A stretch of DNA of 64,000 nucleotides from Eledone cirrhosa. Lineage: Eukaryota. Under the pieces are notes generated by a model. The model saw only the letters and a list, made by a program, of their open reading frames with translations, did not search any database and was not told the DNA's origin. Below, piece after piece: positions 1 through 15,467 of the stretch; the stretch's first letter is position 1, and each line of letters starts with the position of its first letter. Made by a program: the position numbers and the translations under genes. Location of the stretch: NCBI GenBank assembly GCA_964016885.1, contig OZ024740.1, positions 135,904,001-135,968,000 of the forward strand, written 5' to 3'.

Positions 1-1664
1 TAATAAATCAAAATAATTGATAGTTTTTGGTTTATTTTTATAGCTTAATCAAAGGGAAAATAGTAGCGTCTCTGACCCTTTTAAGGACTTTTGATACTGT
101 TGGGAAGAAGGGAAGAAGTTATATTTATACCGAAGATCTGGCACGAATGATAGCAACAGAATGGATTCTTCTAAATGCACACCGAGACACAAGACAGTAG
201 ATTTCTTTTCTTCCTCACGGCACAAAATTTATTCCACTATTCCAACATTTATTCAACTCTCCCCGTCCGACGGGAAGATCTCCCATCCACTTTGGGGTGG
301 GTGAGAGATGTCTTCTCTTGTGAAAATGGGTATAGCTTTCATTTCTCCCCGTTTTGAGGCACTTTTTTCATGGTAATCCCCGTTTGGATTTTTAGAGGAT
401 GGCAGGTCTACTATTCGAATTATTTGTATTACTTTTTGCCAATAGAGATCATCACTAGTAATGCTTGAACGTTTCGTTTTTATCGGATAGTAGGGAAAAC
501 ACATGGTTATGATCATTTAGAGAAAGCCGGTAAAATGTAAATTAGAAATACAAGAGTGAAAAGTAGGATAACGCAAGGAAAACAAAACAATGAGTTACAC
601 TTTTACTTTATATTCAGTATTTAGAGGATGAATATGTTATTTAATTTTAAAAATATCAGAAAATGTGTTATATTCATTTTGTCTCTTTTTCTAGATCTTT
701 TAGCTGATACTATTGGTATAAAATCAGATTTTATTTATATTTTATTATTATATTTTATATATTTAATTTCCGCATTACGTTTATATTTATAATTAAATAT
801 CTTATCTAATTATTAGATATTTAATTTAATTATTAAATATGTTGTATTTACAGTAAGAGATTTAACAATAGTGGGTTCTCAGTACAAAATGTTACATCAG
901 ATAGAAGCAAAAAGCAAGCTAACAAGCTGCACACAAATGTTAAGATATCAAAATTTGATGAATAATCAAATAGATTATCTTTCTCCCAGGACATTCCCGA
1001 AATATAAGAAAATATCAAATGTGATGTAATCTTATGATTGTTTCATGGTCCCAGTGGGCGGAATGATAAATACTTTAATTCGGAGGATGGTGAGAGATGT
1101 GCTGAAATAGTCAGTACAACTCGCTGGGTTAGTTCTGGCGGTTGATCATCTCCATCGAAATCGAATAAGTAAGAAAGTGGTTCGTGGAAACAGAGCGCCA
1201 GATGTTTCCACCGTTATGGTTCAGACGAGAGACGTATCAGAGAGCAGCCGTTAATTTGTGATAGACAAAAAATATATAAAATGATAAAGAAAAATATCAA
1301 AATCGAATATTTATTCCTATAGGAATGTTTCTCTTTCTCTGTCTAAAATTGGTGCTTATAATGCATAATATCATTACTTTAATAAAGGATTTGTATCATA
1401 CACATAATACCACACAGTTTGGAGGAAGGCACAGTTGATTAAATCAAACTAGTATATTACTGATACCTATGGCGGTTTGACGTTGTGTAAACTGGGCTGT
1501 AGTCAAAGGCTCCACAATATTTAAAGGGCGCCAAATTTATTTCTTTGCTATCATAAATAATATACAAGAGACCCGATTAAATGTTCGGCCAGGGAGTCCC
1601 ATGCAAACTAGATCCACTTCTGACTAACGCTGTATTATCGGTCTCTGAAACACGGTCAATCCTG

Positions 1665-1858
1665 GAATCCCATTAGCAGTATCGATAGAGGGTCTGACGC
1701 CATGCTTTACAGCAAAAGATTTACGGCCCTTTATGGTCTGAGTTCAAATCCCGCCGAGGTTAACTTTGCCTTTCATCCTTACGGGGTCGATAAAATAAAG
1801 TACCAGTAATGCACTGGGATAATTGCTGGCCTTGTGCCAAAAGTAGAAACAATTATTT
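1665..1858 (+). mobile_element. tRNA-derived SINE with Nin/Deu-like central domain (family A)
   Basis: B-box GAGTTCAAATCCC followed by gcctttcatccttacggggtcgataaaataaagtacca; about 12 copies in the window. Confidence 0.8.
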
Positions 1859-1914
1859 GATGCAAACATTTGCAAGGTATTTTGTCAAGAATTCTATCAT
1901 GTGCCATGATAATA

Positions 1915-2085
1915 CTGATTTCTAATTTAGACACAAGGTCAAAAAATCTTGGGTGAAAGGCAAACTTGATTAAACCAACCTCAGTATTTGACTGGTACTG
2001 TATTTTATTAACCCCGGAAGGATGTAAGGAAAAGTTTACTTCAGCGGGATTCAAACACAGAATGTAAAGAGCCAGAACAAATACC
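1915..2085 (-). mobile_element. SINE family A, diverged copy
   Basis: Reverse-complement similarity to 1665-1858. Confidence 0.65.
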
Positions 2086-2619
2086 ACCATGACATTTTAT
2101 CTATCTGATGCTCAATCAATTCTACCAATCTAGCACCATCTGCCATGATAATATTCCTACAGAGTTACATTATCTAGTTTGAAGAGATGGTTGGTAACCC
2201 AAGCATAATCTATTTATGATGTTTTCGTTGCTACTGTTCAGTTTTCATAAACGTTTTCGAGGCATTTTTAGTTTCAAATGTTTCGTCTAAATGAATTGCT
2301 AATGAACGAAGACATGATTGATAACTCAAGCATAATTAATCTATTGATATCTCACTTGATACTTTTCAGTTTCATAAATACGTTTTTAATGAACGAGACT
2401 TTCGTCTAAATGAATTGGCAATATTAGTTTAGACGAAGATCGATCTATCAGTTTTGGGAGGGTCTGGTCGACAAATATTGTAGGCGCCACCCCTCCTTCT
2501 CCTCTCCCTCCTCCTCCAACTAAATATTGATTTCTAACTTAGGCACAAGGACAGATATTTTTGGCGGGTCGAGGCGTGATGGAAATTATATTAACTTCAG
2601 GATTAGACAAGAGGAATGG

Positions 2620-2945
2620 AATGAACCTCCGTCGGTTTCGACGATGTGCGCTTCAGCTGTTTGGTCAACGAAACTGCCTGTTAATGAAATTAACGTCTAC
2701 GTGGCCGAGCATTCCACAGATATGTTCACCTTTAACGTAATTCTCATGGGGATTCAGCGTAACACTGTATGTGACAAGACTTGCCCTTTTGATTACATGT
2801 ACAAATTTTCCTTTTGTTCGATCGACTGAACTATCAAATTATAGTGTAAGTGACTGAGTATTTTGCAGACACATGTACCCTTAATGTAATTCTCAGGTAG
2901 GATTAGCGTAGCCTTTTGTGTCACAAAGCAGTCCATCTGACGGGT
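2620..2945 (-). mobile_element. SINE family B fragments
   Basis: Reverse-complement similarity to the body of 3158-3447. Confidence 0.55.
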
Positions 2946-3157
2946 TTCTGTGCAGTTTCCACCAATCCATTTTCACTGACAAGGCTTGGGTCAACCCAAC
3001 GGAAAAAAGAGAAGCGATTGAACTGATATTTGTATCGGTCCGAGGGGAGAAGACAAGACAGTCAACTCTGGCATCATTTGGACTTAGCACATATTTGGAT
3101 ATAACTAGATACTACAAGGGTTATATCTTGTTCAACATTCTACCTTTGTTGCCACAT

Positions 3158-3447
3158 GAAGGCGTGTAGATTAGTCGTTAGGGTGTTCGGATCACAACCA
3201 TAAAAACGAGAGCTGGATTCCTGGTGGTGCGTTTGCTCCAATCGACTTAGTTGGCAAAAATGAGTTGTACCTGTAATTTAAAGGGTCTGCCTTGTCATGC
3301 ATTATACCACACTGAATCTCTCTGAGAACTACGTAAGGGTAGATATGTCTGTGGAATGCTCAGTCACTTATACGTTAATTACATGAGCAGCCTATTCCAT
3401 TGAGCAAACAACTGGAACGCTCATCGTCGTAATCGACGGGGCTCCAA
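3158..3447 (+). mobile_element. tRNA-derived SINE (family B)
   Basis: Head gaaggcgtgtagattagtcgttagggtg matches the heads at 20833 and 60648(-); AC-rich tail. Confidence 0.65.
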
Positions 3448-3979
3448 CACACAGAAATACGCACATTCAAGCACACACACCCATGCATACACACGCACAC
3501 ACACATACATACAGTTTATGTCACTCCGCGGCCTTCATGTATTATAGAATAATGAATTTTTAACATCAACAGGAAGTCTCGGATGTTTAAAGGAGAGGAT
3601 GCTTTCTATTGGGAAGTGTACTTACAAGTAAATGAAGTTGTGAAGTTTCTAACAGTAAATGAAGTTGTTTCTATTAAGGAAAAAAAAATTGGCTTGCTGA
3701 CTCGTATTCACTACAAATTCATGAATATTTATTTCAATTAAACCCAAGACAGGATAACTGAAAGTCTTGTGTAAAGTGTCAAGGTTGTAGTTGTTGTTTA
3801 GCTCCTGGTCAATTCCAACCATGACCATCAAATCATATTACAGTTATATATGACTACAATATATGACTTGTATGTAAGGAAAACAAACTTATAACTCAGA
3901 GTGCACACGTTACAGTAAGTAAACGGCAGCGCAATAAGACATTGATTCCTGAGATCTATATATATTATATATATATATA

Positions 3980-5062
3980 TTCTGGCATCCGTCTGTCTCG
4001 GGAGACAATGGAGATTGCGCCATGGAAGTCAGTCTGTGGTGTAACTGCAGCACCGGATGTGGCTGTAGAGCCCGATCCTCGAATGGCAGGTCCTGTTGCA
4101 GTTGCTGCATGAGAAGACGATGTCATCCAAGGGCGCTGACTCCGCTCTCTGACGTCTGCGTGCTCTACTTTCTTTCCTCTGCTCCTCCCTCCTCTGTTCT
4201 GATATCTTAATGGCCTACTTGATGGCAAGTTGCCAGCTGCTACAGTCAGCTGTCTCCGCTTCAAGGCCTGCTGGTGCAATACTCCCCGCCTTGAGGTCAC
4301 ACTTGCACATGTCTTTATAGCAGAGTATGGGCCTTCCTTTGGGTCTGGAACCAGTGGTAAGCTCGCCATAGAAAATGTCTTTAGGTATTCTGCCATCCTG
4401 CATGCGGGCCAAGCCAACGCACGTGTCTCTTTGTGAACAGGGCAAACATACTGGGGATTCCTGCCCGTGATAAGACATCCTTGTTAGGGACATGGTCCTG
4501 CCATGAAATGCCGAGGATCTTCCTGAGGCAGCGTAGTTGAAAGGTGTTGAGCCTGCGTTCTTGGCAGGAGTATGGAGTCGAGGCCTCGCTTCCATACGGC
4601 AGTGTACTCAGCACGCAGGCTTGGTACACTTTGATCTTTGTCTTGATGATTAACATGGAGTTTTCCCACACTCTCTTTGATAGGCGGACCATTGCTGCTG
4701 ATGTTTTGCCGATCCTTGAGTTGAGCCCGATGTCTAGGCTGAGGCTGCTGGAGATGGTGAAGCCAAGGTATGTGAAGTCTTCCACCATGTCGAGGGTACA
4801 GTCACCGATGGAGATACAGGGAGCCGAGCTGACATCTTGGCCCAGGATCTTGGTCTTTTTGGTGCTGATCGTGAGGCCGAACTCTTTGCAATCAAGAGCG
4901 AAACGGCTGGTGAGCTCTCCGAGGCCAGCCTCGGTGTATGTTGTCGGGGCGGCATCGTCAGCAAACAGCATCTCACGAATGAGGACTTTTCGTACCTTCA
5001 TCTTTGCACGGAGGCGTGCGTGGTTGAACATGCGGCTGTCGCTTCTGGTGTGAAGGTAGAGG
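3980..5062 (-). mobile_element. RTE-clade LINE, 5'-truncated and frameshifted RT C-terminus
   Basis: IREMLFADD, FTYLG, RIGKTSAA, YGSEA and RMQDGRIPKDIFYGEL motifs; ends in (TA)n. Confidence 0.9.
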
Positions 5063-5845
5063 GCGTCTAAGATTTACTACCACATTTAACGTACTTCTAC
5101 AGAAAATATAAGCGGGCTGGGTCTGAAACCCGTTCTTGGCATCCGCGCAACACTAACAGATTGCTGACTGTTAAAGGCCAGAGGCGTGTTTTTACTGTTC
5201 AGTTAAGGCGTGTTCCATTTTCGTTTCAATCTGTGTGCAGCGGCCATGACTTCAGCTTTTTGTAATTTTTTTTTTCTGTAATTTTTCTTTAGCTCTCTCT
5301 TTTCTCTTTTTAGTCAACCCACTGGCGCAGCAGGCAATGCCTCTAATGGAGAGCTAGTTTCATAAGCAATAGACGAACACGATATCATTTCCACGATGCC
5401 ATTGACTCAATATAAATAAGCGAATTTTCGTGACCACTCGAAGTATCGTTTGTGTTTAAGAAACTGTTAAATCTGTAAAATATTTCAGTTTCTCATGACT
5501 GAGATATATTTTACTTCCGAAACATTAAATTTACTTTTGTCCCTTATATTTCATTCCTGTTGTCTATTTTTTTTTTATTCACACAGGTTTTTTACCATAC
5601 AATCACTTCATCTTGTATTTTCCCTCTTTTTTCACACTCCCTCTTCTATTTAACATTATAACATTGTCTCTACCCCTCTCTCTCCCTTTTCGTATACACA
5701 CAATCTCTCCCACATCCACAGTCTCTTTTTCTCTCTTACACATACTGTACTATATGTCTACTTATCACTCTCATACATTTCCCTCGATCCTTTGCACCCA
5801 TAACGCTTTCAAAATAATGATCTCTCTCGTTCTTTCTTTCTCTCT

Positions 5846-6005
<160 letters not shown>

Positions 6006-6115
6006 ATATATGTATATATATATATATATGTATGTGCCTCTCCTTTGTTCTGTCCTACAAGATGGCGTAGGACAGAAGAAAGGAGAGGCACAAAAAACAA
6101 AGAAAAGAATCCCCA

Positions 6116-6158
6116 GTCACTGAAGAGGTCACAGAATGTGTGACGAAAAAACTTTGAC
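6116..6158 (+). ncRNA. Minimal type I hammerhead ribozyme motif
   Basis: gtca-CTGAAGA-g-gtcaca(gaatg)tgtgac-GAAA-aaac-TT-tgac; stems I and II pair, stem III is degenerate. Confidence 0.6.
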
Positions 6159-6372
6159 AATACATGAACAACCGTCCGGTTATAGAACCAACCAACCAAC
6201 CAACCGGAAATTTATAAATTCTTAAATTTATAAATTTAATTTATAATAAATTAGAGTGAAAGCAACTGGTGCGTGTGTTTCTTATTGGCAACATGACCCT
6301 CCCAAAGTATAACAATATCGGTTTCAACACATGTTTTCAGATAAAGAATCTTGCTAAACAAATTCAGAAACG

Positions 6373-7187
<815 letters not shown>

Positions 7188-7204
7188 ACATACATATATA
7201 TAAG

Positions 7205-7622
7205 TTTGATAATTTTGATAGGTTTTGGCCAGTATTGGCCCAGGCCATGTCTAACTTAATAGCACCACCTGGCGAAGTCTTACAAATTAGGGTTTGGACA
7301 TTATGGCCCACTCGAGCAGAGAGTTATTGTTTACAGAGGCATATCTGCGTGTAGGAGGCTTATCCGGGATTTCTTGAAGGAATTTATCCAAAGATTTCTA
7401 GAACTTGATGGTGTCTGTCTCTGCTTTGATGTGTTTTGGTGTAATGTTAAAGAGTGCAGGGCCAATTGAGATGAAATAATTGTGCCGTATTGTTGTTATG
7501 TGATGCGAGTGAGATTTTTGTCGTGGGCGGATAGCACGGGGCCCAAGCCTTGGGTGTACATTAAAGGTGATGCCAACATCATTTGGGCAAAGCTAATGGA
7601 ATATTTTCCACATCATGCAGAT
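7205..7622 (-). mobile_element. CR1/L2-group LINE 3' end remnant
   Basis: Minus translation MWKIF...GPALFNITPKHIK...LDKFLQEIPDKP...NNNSLLEW with stops. Confidence 0.7.
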
Positions 7623-7823
7623 GAGAAAAACCACAGACCCTCCATCTCAACTCACCTTTTGAAAAGCAGAAGAACTGCGAAACCGGTAAAGGAACCAAAT
7701 AAATATATATATTTAAAAAAAAAATAAGACTCCAGTTGCATTTTCGATTTCATCTCTTTTTCTTTATACTTTCACTCGTGTAGGACACCTCGGTTATTTT
7801 TCATTTTGTAAAAAAAACCTCAC

Positions 7824-7879
<56 letters not shown>

Positions 7880-8083
7880 ATATTTGGGGAGGGTCATATT
7901 TGCGTAATATTGCCAGAATTAATAACAGAACACACTCACTGTTTGGTTGGTTTTCGCTTCTCGCTGTCTTTTATATCTGCGATCTAACTTACTCGGTCCT
8001 CAATGTTGCCATTGACTGACCGGCGGTCAAAAATAATACAGATACAATATAGACACAAACACATATATATAGTTTACATAATT

Positions 8084-8125
8084 TACATAAATCTTTCGTT
8101 GCACATCTGCAACATCGTCAGTGGT
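8084..8125 (-). ncRNA. Minimal hammerhead ribozyme motif
   Basis: ca-CTGACGA-t-gttgca(gatg)tgcaac-GAAA-gatt-TA-tg; stem I is short. Confidence 0.6.
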
Positions 8126-8656
8126 GTTATATTCATTGTTCCTCCTGTTGTGTTGTATGTCTACGCCATTTTTTATTCAGTCTGTCTATATATTTATTTA
8201 TTTATTTGCTTGTTTGTCTATCTTATTTTATTTTGTCTTCTTTGCGCATGAATGACCCAGCAGATAGACAAATCAGAGAGGCCAGTGAAATAGAAATTAG
8301 AAGACCAAAGCTAAACAGAAAGAATGAGTGGAATAACAACAACACCCAAACAAACAACACTGACCTAAGAGAAGTATAAATAAGTAAATAAAATAAAATA
8401 AAATAAGATAAATAAATACATACACAAGCACAATAACAACAAGCACATAAACATACACTAGTCACCCAGCAGACACAACACTATACACACTAGTCACACA
8501 TCACACATAACACTATACGCACACGCAAACGCATGCGCAAAGAAGACAAAATAAAATAAGATAAACAAACAAGCAAATAAATAAATAAATATATAGACAG
8601 ACTGAATAACAAATGGCGTAGACATACAACACAACAGGAGGAACAATGAATATAAC

Positions 8657-8698
8657 ACCACTGACGATGTTGCAGATATTCAACGAAAGATTTATGTA
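8657..8698 (+). ncRNA. Minimal hammerhead ribozyme motif (mirror copy)
   Basis: CTGACGA at 8661, stem II gttg/caac, GAAA at 8685. Confidence 0.55.
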
Positions 8699-8952
8699 AA
8701 TTATGTAAACTATATATATATGTGTTTGTGTCTATATTGTATCTGTATTATTTTTGACCGCCGGTCAGTCAATGGCAACATTGAGGACCGAGTAAGTTAG
8801 ATCGCAGATATAAAAGACAGCGAGAAGCGAAAACCAACCAAACAGTAAGTGTGTTCTGTTATTAATTCTGGCAATATTACGCAAATATGACCCTCCCCAA
8901 ATATAACAATATCTGTTTCGACACACGATTTCATATAAAAAACCTCGCTAAA

Positions 8953-9038
<86 letters not shown>

Positions 9039-9057
9039 TATATATATGTATGTATAC

Positions 9058-9089
<32 letters not shown>

Positions 9090-9100
9090 TTATATATATG

Positions 9101-9156
<56 letters not shown>

Positions 9157-9214
9157 ATATATATGTATATATATATATATATATGTTGTATATATATGTA
9201 TATATATATATATA

Positions 9215-9296
<82 letters not shown>

Positions 9297-9355
9297 TGTA
9301 TATTATTTATTATTATTACTATATATTATATATATATATTATATATATATATATG

Positions 9356-9389
<34 letters not shown>

Positions 9390-9392
<3 letters not shown>

Positions 9393-9592
9393 CAAAGGAA
9401 TTGTGGTAAGGAACCAGATGGATCATAACGCACCAGAGTACTCAATACTTAGGGTAGTAGAGTGGGAAATAGGAAAAAAGTATGACCCCGACGGCAGAGC
9501 TCTAGCCGTTTCGACGGCTATTTCTGGATGAAATGAGTCCAGAAATAGTCGTCGAAACGGCTAGAGCTCTGCCGTTCGGGGTCATACTTTTT

Positions 9593-9597
<5 letters not shown>
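9390..9597 (-). repeat. Fold-back element (family D) in (TA)n
   Basis: Hairpin about 9470-9597 plus about 80-nt tail; relatives at 13012-13157, 24175-24235, 31911-31972 and 36315-36372. Confidence 0.75.
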
Positions 9598-9657
<60 letters not shown>

Positions 9658-10018
9658 CTCCCCTTCTCACTTCTTCCCGTTTGTTCCTGTAGTGGGGTCT
9701 TTCCCTGCTCACACCTCAATCGCGTCGGACGGTCTGTAGTCTCTCGCCCATGAAATCAACACAGCTAAAGCTGATCGGACTCCCATGTGCTTGTTTTTTC
9801 CTATCTTTGCGTTGCTATCCTTCTATGTTTGTTTATTTGTCTCGCTCGCTTTACGCGATTTACTTGTCCCAATAGCTTTATTTAGCTATTGCTCGCACCA
9901 ACTGGAGATATATGATTTTTAAAGCGATGAAATACCAATGAAGGTTGGAAAATCACTGATGAAGGACTATTTTTATCATATGTAACCCATGTGCAACCAC
10001 GCAGTATTCTTTCTTCTC

Positions 10019-10088
<70 letters not shown>

Positions 10089-10448
10089 CATTTATATATA
10101 TATATACCCCTCTCTCTCTCTCACTTTCATTCTCATTCTCTTTCTCTATTTCTCTCTCTTTCTCACTAACACACAATCCCACTTACACACTCGACGTCAC
10201 ACACTATCCTTTACGTTTCTATCTTTTTTATCTCTTCCTTTCAATGGTTGGATTTTATTTCCGCTGAAAACAATTTGCAATTATATTGAAAACGGCAAAT
10301 AGCCGACAGTGTCAACACTAGGGAGAATTTCATTTTATTGCTTTTTATTTCATCTAGCTCTATTACTCTGTTTTTAATTAGCCTGTATGGGTACGTACAT
10401 ACATACTTACATATATACACACACACATATATATATACACACATACAC

Positions 10449-10513
<65 letters not shown>

Positions 10514-10612
10514 CATATACGCATATATACATACGTATATATATATATATGTATGTATATATATATACATATATATATATATACATATGTATATATACAT
10601 ATGTATATATAC

Positions 10613-10673
<61 letters not shown>

Positions 10674-11037
10674 GATAGGAAATGATAGCGGGTCTTGTGT
10701 ACTTTCAACACTTGGCAACGAGCATTTTCGAGTTATTCATGTTACAAATCATTTCAACACAGTTCCTCTTGAAACTTCTATCGTGGCTCTTATATGTGTA
10801 TCATAAATGTTGTTTGTACATAAAATATTATTAAATTATGAGGAGTGTTTTAAGAATCACTTTGCCAATTGGCTCTAGCCATTTTTATACAGCTTAGGCG
10901 GAATTTATTTAGATTTAGATGTGAAAGACGGAGTTATGTATCGTGGTTATTAATCAGCGGCCAATCTGTTGTGAACTCCGTATAAGTGTGTACGGCAATA
11001 TTATACAACTGGCAATACACAGACTCTCAAACTACCC

Positions 11038-11525
<488 letters not shown>

Positions 11526-11578
11526 GTTGACGGACCCGGCGTATTTAACAATGCCAGGACCGGTTATATTTCAGCGTA

Positions 11579-11610
<32 letters not shown>

Positions 11611-11612
<2 letters not shown>

Positions 11613-12481
11613 AGGGCGGGTAAAATTCCCCAGATCCACGAACGAGTTCCTCCAGCGGTCTCTGTCCCTCATTATCGCTGCTAAGTCATTACACCTGATG
11701 GGATGACGGAATTCTTTGAGATACTGGCTGGAGTGCTCCAAGGAGATACATTGGCTCCCTATCTTTTTATCATCGTAGTGGACGATGAGAAATACCAGGA
11801 CTCAGGTTTTATTGAAACACCGGTTCAGAGCAGGAGAGTTAAAGCAAAACAGATATCGGATGCTGAATTTGCCGACGACATAGTTTTGGTGACAAACACA
11901 GTGAAGGAGGCAGAGGATTTGATGCAGGAGATGGAGACTGTGTCGATGAGTGTGGGGCTGAGAATGAATGATATTAAGACAAAATATCTGGTAGAAAATA
12001 TTAAGAAGCCAGAGAAGATTACTAATGTAGGCGGGAAGCCGCGAGAATTGGTTGAGGACTTCCTGTACTTCCAGCTTGAGATCGGTGTGGAAGTCGGTCA
12101 TTTGTAAAGACCTGAAGATCCGCCTCTTCGTTGCTGAAGTGGAGTCTGTGCTGCTGTACGGGTCTGAGACTTGGACACTGACCAAGAAACTCACTCTGAT
12201 GGTGGATGGGTGCTTCACAAGAATGCTGAGGATGGCTCTGAACATTAATCAGTATACACTGAGGATGAAGAAATCAGAGCTGTATGGGAGCCTCCCAAAA
12301 GTCAGCTCAAAAGTGACACAAAGGAGACTGAGGTTAGCTGGACATGCTCACAGACATCCAGAGTTGACACTGCACTCAGTGCTCCTGTGGGAGCCCTTGC
12401 ATGGACACACTGGAAGAGGAAGACCGAAGTTAATATATGTTGATGCCCTAAGGACAGACACCGGTCTGTTTTAGACGCAGG

Positions 12482-12482
<1 letters not shown>
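11611..12482. mobile_element. RTE-group LINE with internal inversion
   Basis: Plus-strand body has GVLQGDTLAPYLF, FADD, LLYGSETWTLT and RRLRLAGH; its 3' terminus is present inverted at 11611-11682. Confidence 0.85.
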
Positions 12483-12540
<58 letters not shown>

Positions 12541-12543
<3 letters not shown>

Positions 12544-12869
12544 TCATCATCATTTCATGTCCGCTTTTTCCCTGTTTGCAAGGGTGGGACGGGAACTAAT
12601 TCTGGCTTGATTTCTACAGCTGGATGCCCTTCCTAACACCAACCTCATTTACAGTGAGTGCTGGGTGCTTTTTTGCCGTGGCGCCTCCACGACCACTTTA
12701 CAGTGGAATGATATGGACCCCAGTCCCTATCATCTCATCTGAGTAAACTGGAGCAATGTGAAATAAAGTGTCTTGCTCAAGGAAACAACACATCACCCGG
12801 TCTGAGAATTGAACTCACAACTTTTCGATTGCAAGGCCAATGCTCTAACCACTAAGCCATGTGCCTCCA
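12541..12869 (-). mobile_element. tRNA-derived SINE with RTE-derived 3' tail
   Basis: A-box tggcttagtggttaga, B-box gagttcaattc; last 48 nt or so match the RTE end at 28707-28754; (GAT)n tail. Confidence 0.8.
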
Positions 12870-12897
12870 TATATATATATATTTATAGGTATGCAAC

Positions 12898-12928
<31 letters not shown>

Positions 12929-12954
12929 TGTATGTATGTATGTATGTATGTATG

Positions 12955-13013
<59 letters not shown>

Positions 13014-13152
13014 CGAAGGAAATGTGGTAAGGAACCAGGTGGACCATAACGCACCAAAGTACTCAATACTTGAGGTAGTAGAGTGGGTAATTAGAATTAC
13101 CAGAATTAGCCGTCGAAACGGCTTGAGCTCAGCTGTCGGGGTCTTACTGGTT

Positions 13153-13194
<42 letters not shown>

Positions 13195-13197
<3 letters not shown>

Positions 13198-13536
13198 GGA
13201 AAAAATGAAACGAAATTTCATTTCTCACTCTTAAATATAATTAAATATAAGTATGTATACGTACATACATATATGTATACAGATGTACAGTAGTATGTAT
13301 ATATATATACATACATGCACACATATATTCGGGATGTTTGTTTACAAACACACCGAGCATTATAATAAATGTTCGATGATTCCATACGTACATATATATA
13401 TATGTGCATGTATGTATATATATATATATACATACTACTGTACGTCTGTATACATATATGTATGTACGTATACATACTTATATTTAAGTAACAGCCGTAC
13501 TAAGAGTGGGAAATGAAATTTCGTTTCATTTTTTCC

Positions 13537-13540
<4 letters not shown>
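13195..13540. repeat. Fold-back inverted repeat in (TA)n
   Basis: Arms about 13195-13328 and 13398-13540. Confidence 0.8.
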
Positions 13541-13599
<59 letters not shown>

Positions 13600-13605
<6 letters not shown>

Positions 13606-14401
13606 ATACAATAACAGAGAAAGCTTTAAGCTAAACTCTGACTGGTAACCATCTCACTCAACAAACATTAGGGTATACGTTAGTATAATCCCAATTTTGT
13701 GTTTGGGGTGCTAACTATATGTATTTTGTGGAAAGCCAGTTGTATTATTTTATATGAGATATAATTAAAATTAAAATATCTCTCTTTCCAAACAATTGTT
13801 TCATTATAAGTTTTCTACAAGTTGGGAGAATGTTTCCAGTTTATGTAGAAGCCTAACATATTTTTCTGTAAGAATATATGTAGGTGGGCACTTATAAATC
13901 ATCAGTGGATGCCCTTTAAACTTTGATATAAGAAAAAATTTCTTACCGCAGTTATTTTTCGTGTCCGCTAAGTCGTCCCTTCACGCATCAAATGACCGCC
14001 AAATTTGAAATTCCAGCAGTCTTCAGACTGAGGAAATATCATAGCGTCACGAAGCGGAAAAGGGAGGCAATCGCGAGTCACAAGAAAAGTAAAATAATAT
14101 ACACGTGGGTTAATTAGTTTTTTCAAAAACATTATCAATCGTGCGTTTTAAGAACTCAATTAATTTAAAAAAAATAAATGTATGCATGTATTAATTACGC
14201 ACGCATATAGATATTTTCTTAGGCTAAAAACAGAAAAGTGATACCTAGATAACAAACAATATCTCATAACAGTAATAAATACGGAAAGTTACGTTTAAAA
14301 GGTATCTGGAAATAAAATTCTCTGGACAAATTCAGAGTAAAATATTTAATACAATAACAGAGAAAGCTTTAAGCTAAACTCTGACTGGTAACCATCTCAC
14401 T

Positions 14402-14404
<3 letters not shown>
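13600..14404. repeat. Element bounded by about 60-bp direct repeats, in (TA)n
   Basis: tttaatacaataacagagaaagctttaagctaaactctgactggtaaccatctcactcaa at about 13602 and 14345. Confidence 0.8.
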
Positions 14405-14479
<75 letters not shown>

Positions 14480-14481
<2 letters not shown>

Positions 14482-15115
14482 ATAATAAGGGCGCTGCGGA
14501 GTTGTAAATGGGTTACATATGAAAAAAGTTTGTCCTTCATCAGTGATCTTCCAATTATCATAGGCATTTCATCGCTTTAAAGACCATATACCTCCGGTTG
14601 GTGCGAGCAACGGCTAAAAAAGTCGTTGGGACACGTAAATAAAGGGGACGCGAGGGTAAACAAACAAAATGGTGAAGCAACAGAAAGTGAGGAAGAAGGA
14701 GACAAGTCCCAGATTTCTATGAATTTAAGTTCGGTGAAATCGTGAATGAGAGAATAAAGACTCGTCTACGATTTCACAGAACTTATGTTTACCGAATTCG
14801 CAGACCAGACCCCTTCTTCCTCCCGTTAGACCTGTGCGAAATTCCTTCCTTGCTCACATTTCAACCAGGTTTGATGGTCTTTATTCTCTCATTCACGATT
14901 TCACCGAACTTAAATTCATAGAAATCTGGGACTTGTCTCCTTCTTCCTCACTTTCTGTTGCTTCACCATTTTGTTTGTTTACCCTCGCGTCCCCTTTATT
15001 TACGTGTCCCAACGACTTTTTTTAGCCGTTGCTCGCACCAACCGGAGGTATATGGTCTTTAAAGCGATGAAATGCCTATGATAGTTGGAAGATCACTGAT
15101 GAAGGACAAACTTTT
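14480..15115 (-). repeat. Fold-back element (family E) in (TA)n
   Basis: About 238-bp arms 14524-14761 and 14877-15115 plus a tail of about 40 nt; diverged relative at about 9880-10010. Confidence 0.8.
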
Positions 15116-15135
15116 ATATATATATATATATTATC

Positions 15136-15170
<35 letters not shown>

Positions 15171-15467
15171 CATACATACATACATACATACATACATACA
15201 TACATACATACATACATACATACATACATACCCACACATACACACATACACATACATACGTATATACATATGATGGCTGCAAACTCTGCTAAGAGTATTG
15301 CAATAGCTTGTCAGATTACAGAAAATAGTGCACTTTTAGGCTACGGCCAGCCACACGAACCTATAGAATATGTATTTGTTATATATACACAATATACCAT
15401 GTATCTTGTACAATATATGGCTCCTTATATATGGCTCCAATATCTGGCTCAAATATATCCCTCTCAA

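Larger units (their letters stand above)
7873..8956 (+). mobile_element. Truncated Penelope-like element with inverted pseudo-LTR
   Basis: About 380-bp inverted arms 7873-8250 and 8532-8912; spacer encodes a GIY-YIG-like end DRQIREASEIEIRRPKLNRK; hammerhead core in each arm; (TA)n flanks. Confidence 0.8.

Noticed and set aside
1070-1172. Hammerhead-like cggagga...cgaaatcga
   Set aside because: The core and cleavage triplet deviate and stem I is unconvincing.
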